Below the pieces are notes generated by a model. That model had not been told where the DNA came from. It searched no databases and saw only the letters and a list, made by a program, of their open reading frames with translations. From Usitatibacter sp. (GTDB taxonomy: Bacteria; Pseudomonadota; Gammaproteobacteria; Burkholderiales; Usitatibacteraceae), in the NCBI GenBank assembly GCA_046590805.1, contig JBKJTM010000143.1, forward strand, positions 1-33,210: a stretch of 33,210 nt of DNA, given 5' to 3'. Position 1 is the stretch's first letter, and every line of letters starts with the position of its first letter. Position numbers and translations under genes: made by a program. Positions 26,446-33,210 of the stretch are shown here, in pieces.

Positions 26446-27936
26446 TCAGGTCCCCTTCGATCGTTCCAGGCGCGCGAGCTTGAAGCGCACGCCGAACATC
26501 ACGCCCACGGCCAGCCACATGAACGCCTGCGCCGCCACGGGTGCCAGGCTCGCGCCGGCAAAACCGGCCGCCAGGTACGAGAGGGTTCCGGCCGCGGCGC
26601 CCTCGAAGAAGCCGCGCAGCTCGGGCTTCAGCCTCAGGTCGTGCGCGTACTTGCGGAAATGGCGCCAGCAGTAGGCCCAGAAGCCGATCAGCAGGACGAG
26701 CCCGATGACGCCCATGTCGGTGTAAGCCTGCAGGTAGGCGTTGTGCGGGTGGGCCACCGCCGGCAGGCGTCCCTCGAGCATCGCCGTCGACCACATGATC
26801 GAACCCAGGCCCTGGCCCCAGATGGGGCTGTCGAAGAGCTCCGGCATCAGCGGCGCCCAGATCTCGTTGGTGCGCCCGGCGGTGACGGCATTGGCGCCCT
26901 CGCCCATGCCCATGGTGACGCGCGACCAGATGGCGCCTGGGGCGATCAGGGCCGCGACCGGCACCAGCAGCACCGCGGCGATGATCGTCTTCAGCTGGCG
27001 CCGCGAGATGAGATAGATGATGTTCACCAGGATGAAGCCGAAGAAGGCGCCGCGCGAGAAGGTGAGCACCAGCGCCACGCACACCAGCCCCATGGCGATG
27101 ATCAGGAACCCCTTCAACGCCGGGCGCTCCGCACGGTCCCAGATGAACAGCAGCAGCGCGTAGGCGGTGGCATAGAGCCGGCCCAGGTCGTTGGCGTGCA
27201 TGCCGATCGCCGAGAAGAAGCTGCGCGCGAAGGTGCCGGCGAGCTGCGAGATCGACACGCCCGAGATCAGCACGAAGATCACCGCCATCAGCGCCATCAC
27301 GAACACCGAGACCACCAGCGGGGTGATGAAGCGCTCCTCGTGCTCGCTGCGTTCGACCGCCGCGGCCACCAGCAGCGCGTAGGCGACGAAGGTCATCGGC
27401 TTCAGCAGCATGTCCCGGATGTAGCCGCCGGGGCTGTTGAAGAACACCAGCTCGAGGTCGTAGAAGAGCTTCGGAATCTCCTCGACGTGGAACATGCCGA
27501 GGATCGCGCCCATCAGCAGCGGCGCCGCGTACAGCAGCACCACGGAGCGCGGCAGGAAGTGCTTCCAGGTGCCGTCGCCGAGCGAGCGCATGAAGAGCGA
27601 GAGCAGCGTCGTGGCGAGCAGCAGGTTGAGCGGATTGAGGCCGGTCACGCCGAACATGGCGTGCGGGAAGACGTAGCTCTGCGAGATCGGCATGATCGCG
27701 ATCAGCAGCGCCACGCCCACGCGGAAGTCGCGCATGCAGAAGATGCAGGCGAAGAGAGAGACGCAGATGAGCGCCGCGGCCACGCCCGCCACACCCACGA
27801 GCGCGCCCCAGAAGCCGCCGACGGCGACCAGCGCGGCGATGGCGGCGACGCGTCGCACGCGTGGGTTCGCGGTCACCGCCGCGGTGCGCTCGCGCAGGCG
27901 CCAGGTGACGGGCGGGCGTGCGGCGATCGAGGCCAT
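26446..27936 (-). CDS. O-antigen ligase family / Wzy-type polymerase
   Basis: Multi-TM; HANDLG, LTFSRGA, TAGR..IW, PIWGQG, HPHNAYL (Wzy_C motifs). Confidence 0.87.
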   Translation of the reverse strand: MASIAARPPVTWRLRERTAAVTANPRVRRVAAIAALVAVGGFWGALVGVAGVAAALICVSLFACIFCMRDFRVGVALLIAIMPISQSYVFPHAMFGVTGLNPLNLLLATTLLSLFMRSLGDGTWKHFLPRSVVLLYAAPLLMGAILGMFHVEEIPKLFYDLELVFFNSPGGYIRDMLLKPMTFVAYALLVAAAVERSEHEERFITPLVVSVFVMALMAVIFVLISGVSISQLAGTFARSFFSAIGMHANDLGRLYATAYALLLFIWDRAERPALKGFLIIAMGLVCVALVLTFSRGAFFGFILVNIIYLISRRQLKTIIAAVLLVPVAALIAPGAIWSRVTMGMGEGANAVTAGRTNEIWAPLMPELFDSPIWGQGLGSIMWSTAMLEGRLPAVAHPHNAYLQAYTDMGVIGLVLLIGFWAYCWRHFRKYAHDLRLKPELRGFFEGAAAGTLSYLAAGFAGASLAPVAAQAFMWLAVGVMFGVRFKLARLERSKGT

Positions 27937-27939
27937 GGC

Positions 27940-29580
27940 CTAGCCGCCCGCGCGGCCGACGAAGCGAGACGCCTCGCCCACCGGCAGGGCGCCGACGATC
28001 GCGGCGATGAAGGACTCCTGCGAGGCGAGCGCCGCTCGGGGGTTGCCCGAGAGGCTCGAGACGCGCACCAGCATGCCGTCGGGAATGCGCCCGGCGAGCC
28101 CGTTCTCGATCTGCACGCGCAGGCGCTCGCCGCGCCCGAGCACCACGCGATCGCCCATCGTGAACCAGTAGGTGACGGGTTCGACGCGCTCGCCCTTCAC
28201 CGCGAGCATGCGGGTGACCGGCAGCGTGCGCCCGGCGGTGGACAGCGTGCCGTGCTCGACGGCGCGGATATCGAAGCCCTGGGCGGCATAGCACGCCTCC
28301 TGGCGGTGGGCCTTCAGGGCGTCGCTCTGGTCGCCGCCGTGGGCCACGGTGAGCATCATCCGCTCGCCCCGGGAATTCACGTAGGTGCGGCTCACCACCT
28401 GGCGATAGAGGCGATCGAGGTTCGCCTGCACGTCGGGCGACGGCGCGACCGCGACCACGTCGGCGTCGATGCGCCAGTCGCCGAACGTCGAGGGGATCAC
28501 CTGCTCCAGGTCCGGCGCCGGACGGGTATCGGCCCGGGGCTTCAGCGCCGGCGAGGCGGCGGCGGTTCCGGCCATCGTCATGCCCGCGGCCGCGGCGAGG
28601 ATCGCCACCCGGCGCGAGGGCGACGCCCGGCGGGTGGCCATGCGCGGCAGCGCCGCGTCGGCGAACTCGACCTCATGGCGCTGCGCGGGTTTGCGGTCTG
28701 TGCCGAGCACCATGCGCGCCACCACGTCCCAACCGACGAGGAGCTGCAACGCGACGCCGAAGACCAGCAGGCCGGCGAGGTCGTGCACCCAGCCCTTGGC
28801 CGCGTGCTCGCCGAAGTGGTAGGTAATGAGGACCAACGCCAGCACGCGCACGATGTTCGAGACGACGGCGATCGGCAGCACGGCGGCGAGTAGGAGCGCG
28901 GTGCGCGCCAGGTTGGCGCCCGCGCGCGCGGCCTTGCGCTGCGTCACGTGCGCATAGAGCAGGCCCAGCGCCACCAGGCTGTAGAGCGAGTTCAAGCCCG
29001 AGCAGGCGTCGGCCACCAGCATCTGGTAGTCGCCCACCCACAGGACCACGCCCTCGCGATCCACCGGGTAGCCGAGTAGCTGCAGGAGCCACGCCACCGC
29101 GCTCGACACCACTTCCTTCAGCGGCACGCTCACGAAGTCGAGCACGAAGCCGGGGAGCGGCACGAGGAAGGCGAGGAAGAGGATCGGGAAAGCGAGCGCG
29201 CGCAGCCCCTGGAAGCCGCGCAGCATCAGGACCGCGCCGGCCGCGACCGGGATCAGGGAGGCGGCCTCGAACACCATCAGCGACTGGGTGCGCCCGAGCA
29301 GGTAGAGCGCGAGGCCGAAGAGGAGCGTCACCGCTCCGGCAACGGCGGCTGGCGCGAACGAATCGTCGAGGAGCGCGCCGCGCGAGCGCCACACGAGCCA
29401 GGCGAACACCGCGGCGATGACCGGCCCGTGCGAATAGGCATCGTCACGCCACAGGCCGCGCGCGAGATCGATGCCGGTCGGAACGTAAAGCGCGGCGAGG
29501 CCGAGGAGGATCGCGACCCAGGGCAGCCAGCGTGCCGGATCGGCGCGCGCTGCAGAGCGCTCCTGGAGGACCGTCGACAT
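27940..29580 (-). CDS. xrtB: Exosortase B (EpsH) fused to EpsI
   Basis: Exosortase triad motifs VADACSGL (Cys), NIVRV (Arg), VHDLAG (His) plus SHGP; C-terminal EpsI-like region LEQVIP..FGDW...LY..VVSRTY...AHRQEACYAAQGF...EPVTYW...PDGMLVRVS. Confidence 0.88.
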   Translation of the reverse strand: MSTVLQERSAARADPARWLPWVAILLGLAALYVPTGIDLARGLWRDDAYSHGPVIAAVFAWLVWRSRGALLDDSFAPAAVAGAVTLLFGLALYLLGRTQSLMVFEAASLIPVAAGAVLMLRGFQGLRALAFPILFLAFLVPLPGFVLDFVSVPLKEVVSSAVAWLLQLLGYPVDREGVVLWVGDYQMLVADACSGLNSLYSLVALGLLYAHVTQRKAARAGANLARTALLLAAVLPIAVVSNIVRVLALVLITYHFGEHAAKGWVHDLAGLLVFGVALQLLVGWDVVARMVLGTDRKPAQRHEVEFADAALPRMATRRASPSRRVAILAAAAGMTMAGTAAASPALKPRADTRPAPDLEQVIPSTFGDWRIDADVVAVAPSPDVQANLDRLYRQVVSRTYVNSRGERMMLTVAHGGDQSDALKAHRQEACYAAQGFDIRAVEHGTLSTAGRTLPVTRMLAVKGERVEPVTYWFTMGDRVVLGRGERLRVQIENGLAGRIPDGMLVRVSSLSGNPRAALASQESFIAAIVGALPVGEASRFVGRAGG

Positions 29581-29594
29581 GGCGGTCCCGGGGC

Positions 29595-30491
29595 TCAGTA
29601 CTCGTTGACGACGGTACCCACCACGCGAGCGCCGGTTCCGGCGAGCTCGCGGATCGTCTTCTGGGTGAGGGCGACGGCGGTGTGGTTCTTGCGTGCGACG
29701 ACCAGCGCGTCGCCGGCGCGGAAGGTCACGCTCTGCGCATCGGCGTAGTGGCGCGTCGGCGGCGTGTCGATGATGACTACGTCATAGATGCCCTGCAGGT
29801 CCTTCATGAAGGAGTTGAACACCGGCCGCGACAGCAGCTCCTGCGGATTCGGCGGCAGCGGGCCGGCGGGCAGCACCGACAGGCGGTTCAGGCCCGGCAC
29901 CGGGAAGGTGGCGGTGTGCTCGGAGCGCCCGGCGAGCAGGCTCGACAGGCCGTGTCCTTCGGGAAGGCCGAAGATCTTGTGCTGGCGAGGCTTCCTCAGG
30001 TCGGCGTCGACCAACAGCGTGCGCGCGCCAAGCTGCGAGAAAACGATCGCCAGGTTGGCGGCGACGTAGCTGCGGCCCTCGCCGCGCTCCGGGCTCGCGA
30101 CCACCAGCGACTTCCTGCCCTGCTCCGGGTTGTACCAGCGGATGAGGAGCTGGGTGCGCAGCGCGCGCATCTCCTCGGTGCGCGGATGGAAGGGCGCGAA
30201 CGCCGCCACCAGCTCGCGGCTGGGGCCTTCCGAGGAAGGCGTGAAGTGCGGCATGTCGTACTGCTTGGCGAGCGCGAAGCGGACGTCGTCCTCGGTGATG
30301 AGGCCGAGGCGCACCGCCGCCTCGCCGAACCGGACCTTGTCGGCGCGCTGGCGCTCGAGGACGCGCTCGATCTCCTTGGGAGTGAGCTTGCCCTCATCCA
30401 TCAGGATGGCACCGATGGTGCGCTCGGAGCGCACCAGGCCTCCGGCACGGTGCTGCTCGATGGGGAGGACGTTCTCGGAATGCAGGCTCAT
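29595..30491 (-). CDS. epsG: Chain-length determinant tyrosine-kinase-like protein EpsG
   Basis: N-terminal IGAIL...RFGEAAVRLGL domain, E.MRALRTQL, variant Walker A SPERGEGRS, LLVDADLRKP, PPNPQELL, IIDTPP. Confidence 0.88.
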   Translation of the reverse strand: MSLHSENVLPIEQHRAGGLVRSERTIGAILMDEGKLTPKEIERVLERQRADKVRFGEAAVRLGLITEDDVRFALAKQYDMPHFTPSSEGPSRELVAAFAPFHPRTEEMRALRTQLLIRWYNPEQGRKSLVVASPERGEGRSYVAANLAIVFSQLGARTLLVDADLRKPRQHKIFGLPEGHGLSSLLAGRSEHTATFPVPGLNRLSVLPAGPLPPNPQELLSRPVFNSFMKDLQGIYDVVIIDTPPTRHYADAQSVTFRAGDALVVARKNHTAVALTQKTIRELAGTGARVVGTVVNEY

Positions 30492-30509
30492 TTCAGGTTC
30501 CTCTGTTCG

Positions 30510-31919
30510 TTACACCGGGCTCGGCAGCGCGCGGGCGCCGCCGGGACCCCCGGAATTGCCGCCGAGGAGATGCGAGGGCTTCCAGGCGTGCAGCGTTCCC
30601 AGCAACGGCGCGTCGAGGCCGTTCTCGAGGTCGTCGCCCGAGCGCACGCGGCGGTCGAGGAGCTCCATCAGGAACACCGCGCCCAGGCCCAGCACCGTGC
30701 CGACCACGAAGCCGAGGATGATGTTGAGGAACGTCTTCGGCTTCGAATGGCGCATCGGCTCGGCGGCGGGGTTGAGCACCGTCACGTTGGTCGAGCGCGC
30801 GCCGCTCTCCACCTTGTTAACCAGGTAGCGGGCGAGCGCTGCCTCGTAGGCCTTCTGCGCGGTGTCGACGTCGCGTTGCAGCACCAGCGACTGGTTGCGC
30901 GCATCGCGCAGCTCCACCACTTTCTTGCGCTGCGCGTCGAGCGCGGCGGTGAGCTGGATTTCGCGCGCGCGGCTCTGCGCGGTCGCCTGCTGGGAGCCGG
31001 CGACGATGCTGCCCATCTCCCCGCCCAGGCGTGAGCGGAGCGCGGCGATCTCGGAAGCCTGCTGCTGGTACTGCGGATGGTTGGGGCCCAGGCGCGTGGA
31101 GAGCTCCGCGAGCTTGGACTCGGCGCGCAGCACCTCGCCTTTGAGCGACTGCACCAGCGGATTGGCGAGGACTTCCGGCATCGAGCCGGCACCGCGGCTG
31201 GAAGCCGTGCCCGAACGCGACGACGCATCGAAGGTCAGGTTCTGCGCCACGAGCGCTTGCGTGGAGAGCTCGTTCAGGCGGGCGTTCTCGATGTCGAGGC
31301 GCTCGTCGGAGACGATGATGCCCTTCTCGCGCTGGTAGGCGGCGAGCTTGCCCTGGGACTCCTCGAACGCCTTGCGCAGGCCGCCGAGCTGCTCCTCGAA
31401 CCAGCCGGTCGCCTGGCGGCTGGGCTCGGTGCGCAGGTGCAGCGTGGTGTCCATGTACGCCTTGGCGAACGCGTTGGCGACGTCGGCCGCGGTGCGGGGA
31501 TCGCCCGCGCCGTAGGTGAGGGAGATGACGCTCGACTGCGAGCTCGAGACCTTGAGGCCCGCCAGCACGCCGCCGGCGACCCACTCCTCGATCGAGCCGC
31601 GGCCGCCGGCTTCGGCGAAGGCGGCCTTCACGTTGGCGCTCTCGGCGAGCTTCAGGTCGCGAACCACGCGGCGCGCGACTTCCATGCTGCTGATGATGTC
31701 GAGCTGCGTCTGCATGAAGCCGGTGCGGTCGCGGTTCGACGCCATGGTGCCGTTGATCGACTGCTCGTCGCGGTTGTCGACCAGGATCGAGGCGGTGGCC
31801 TCGTAGGTCTTGGGCATGAGGAGCGTGACCAGGACCGCGGCCACCACCGTCGCCACGAGCAGCGACAGGAAGACCCAGAGGCGCCCCTTCACCGCGAGCA
31901 GGAACTGATGGATGTTCAT
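30510..31919 (-). CDS. epsF: Chain-length determinant / polysaccharide co-polymerase EpsF
   Basis: N- and C-terminal TMs, PKTYEATASILVD, FMQTQLDIISS, coiled coil, GPNHPQ, ELLDRRVRS; lies between epsE and epsG. Confidence 0.88.
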   Translation of the reverse strand: MNIHQFLLAVKGRLWVFLSLLVATVVAAVLVTLLMPKTYEATASILVDNRDEQSINGTMASNRDRTGFMQTQLDIISSMEVARRVVRDLKLAESANVKAAFAEAGGRGSIEEWVAGGVLAGLKVSSSQSSVISLTYGAGDPRTAADVANAFAKAYMDTTLHLRTEPSRQATGWFEEQLGGLRKAFEESQGKLAAYQREKGIIVSDERLDIENARLNELSTQALVAQNLTFDASSRSGTASSRGAGSMPEVLANPLVQSLKGEVLRAESKLAELSTRLGPNHPQYQQQASEIAALRSRLGGEMGSIVAGSQQATAQSRAREIQLTAALDAQRKKVVELRDARNQSLVLQRDVDTAQKAYEAALARYLVNKVESGARSTNVTVLNPAAEPMRHSKPKTFLNIILGFVVGTVLGLGAVFLMELLDRRVRSGDDLENGLDAPLLGTLHAWKPSHLLGGNSGGPGGARALPSPV

Positions 31920-31953
31920 TTGGCTATCCTGGAAGTCATTGCGGGCGCGGTCC

Positions 31954-32856
31954 TCAGAAGAGGCTTTCGCGCACGAAGATCACGTCGTCGGTCTGGACGG
32001 GATCGGTGAGGCGGGCTTCCACGCGATTGATCTGGCCGTCGCCGTTCTTGCGGTGGATGCGGATGCCGCGCTCGGTGCCGCGCGGGGTGATGCCGCCGCC
32101 CAGCGCGATCGCCTGCATCACGGTCATGTCCTTTTCGACGCGGTAGGCGCCGGCGCGGGTCACTTCGCCCGTCACGTAGACCATCGGTGCGCGGCCGACG
32201 TAGATGGTGTCGCCGGCGGCGAGCTCGATGTTCTTCGACAGGTCGCCGCTGCGGATCATCGCCGCGAGGTCGATGTCGTGGCGCAGCGTCTTGCCGTCGC
32301 GCGTGCTCATCACGGTGATGCGGTCGTCGCCCGTGGGGGCGATGCCGCCGGCGAGCGCGAGCAGGTCGGTCACCCTGGCGGTGGTCGAATCGAGCGGGTA
32401 GCGGCCCGGCTTCTGCACGTTGCCGAGCACCGAGACCTGGCGGCTGTTGACCTGCGCGATCACCACCGTCACCTCCGGGTTCACCACGTACTTGCCGGCG
32501 CGCAGCTTCTCGGAGATGCGGTTGCCGACTTCGGTCGGCGTGAGGCCGGAGACCGGCAGCTCGCCGATCAGCGGGAACATGATGGTGCCTCGCTCGGAGA
32601 CGCGCGCCTCGGTGGTGAGCTCGGGGTTGCGGAAGACGCTGATGCGCACCATGTCGCCCATGCCGAGCGACTCGAGCTTGAATTCCGAGGGCTGGGCGGC
32701 CGCGGGCATCGCGGCGATCGGCTGCGGCGGCATCGCGGCCGGCGTGGACTTGGCGGCGACCGGGGTTACCCGCGCTGCCTGGGGAGCCTGGGCGAAGCCG
32801 GCCGTAGGAATGGCAGCGACGAGGAGGAAGAGCGATTTGGCGAGGCGGGTATTCAT
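31954..32856 (-). CDS. epsE: Polysaccharide export protein EpsE (Wza/SLBB family)
   Basis: ATG 32856 with AGGAG SD, signal-peptide-like N-terminus, LGMGDMVRISVFRNPEL, FPLIG, GNVQKPGRY, two SLBB repeats, C-terminal VRESLF. Confidence 0.9.
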   Translation of the reverse strand: MNTRLAKSLFLLVAAIPTAGFAQAPQAARVTPVAAKSTPAAMPPQPIAAMPAAAQPSEFKLESLGMGDMVRISVFRNPELTTEARVSERGTIMFPLIGELPVSGLTPTEVGNRISEKLRAGKYVVNPEVTVVIAQVNSRQVSVLGNVQKPGRYPLDSTTARVTDLLALAGGIAPTGDDRITVMSTRDGKTLRHDIDLAAMIRSGDLSKNIELAAGDTIYVGRAPMVYVTGEVTRAGAYRVEKDMTVMQAIALGGGITPRGTERGIRIHRKNGDGQINRVEARLTDPVQTDDVIFVRESLF

Positions 32857-32947
32857 GTGCGTCTCCTGGGTGCTGTGTCGTGTTTCAGCCGGCAAGACCG
32901 GGTCCTCCGCCGGGTCGGCGGTAATCGAAAATGTCGAGGAAGAAAGG

Positions 32948-33208
32948 CTACGAGCGATGCTTGGTATTGCGGCGCACCATCCAGCCGACCAGGCCCAGGC
33001 CGGCGAGCATCATCGCCCACTGGCTCGGCTCGGGCACCGGCGTGACCGACACGACGGTGGTCCGCGGCGTCGCGCGGCCGAGGCCGCTCTGGCCGAAGGC
33101 GTTGCTGCCGAGGTCGGTGCTGCGCGGGCCGGCGGTGACCGAGCCGGCGCCGAACGGGTCGCGGTCGGCACTGCCGCGGCTGTTGGGATTGCTCCCCTGC
33201 GCGAAGGC
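32948..33208 (-). CDS. PEP-CTERM sorting-domain protein (5'-truncated by the window edge)
   Basis: Manual translation: AFAQGSNPNSRGSADRDPFGAGSVTAGPRSTDLGSNAFGQSGLGRATPRTTVVSVTP-VPEPSQWAMMLAGLGLVGWMV-RRNTKHRS*, i.e. VPEP + hydrophobic helix + basic tail. Confidence 0.93.
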   Translation of the reverse strand, partial: AFAQGSNPNSRGSADRDPFGAGSVTAGPRSTDLGSNAFGQSGLGRATPRTTVVSVTPVPEPSQWAMMLAGLGLVGWMVRRNTKHRS

Positions 33209-33210
33209 TG

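Noticed and set aside
24455-28294. 1279-aa ORF suggesting a giant AsnB fusion
   Set aside because: The first 617 codons are an Arg/Ala-rich alternative frame of the ligase and epsI genes; Ntn amidotransferases need Cys at the N-terminus, fixing the start at 26443.

Overview
High-GC, probably betaproteobacterial DNA (taxonomy is an inference from gene content). Most of the window is a minus-strand PEP-CTERM/exosortase-B-associated exopolysaccharide locus in two blocks. The first block is: small PEP-CTERM protein (partial, missing from the ORF track), epsE, epsF, epsG, an xrtB(epsH)-epsI fusion, Wzy/O-antigen-ligase-like gene, asnB, two GT4s, wzx and a wbpP-like epimerase. The second block is: tviB/wbpO-like dehydrogenase, beta-propeller protein, CapK-like ligase, GT4-GT4 fusion, second asnB, heparinase II/III-like lyase, algD-like dehydrogenase, methyltransferase and GT4. 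A plus-strand islet (SnoaL-like, Zn-ribbon membrane protein, crcB, TumE/TumA-like toxin-antitoxin pair) separates the blocks. The left end carries a toxin-first AbiEii/AbiEi-like pair that overlaps tail-to-tail with a hybrid histidine kinase bearing an in-frame TGA. Most notable: (i) the reversed AbiE-like module with twin 8-6-8 palindromic operators over an apparently leaderless promoter; (ii) GGGGWCNGWCCCC palindromic repeats whose clear copies all sit at gene junctions, where they appear to be translated as N-terminal extensions or a fusion linker; (iii) a clean 12-codon deletion of the RDRxGxKPL motif in one asnB; (iv) a likely miniature PEP-CTERM protein. All calls come from motif recognition by eye; no database searches were run.
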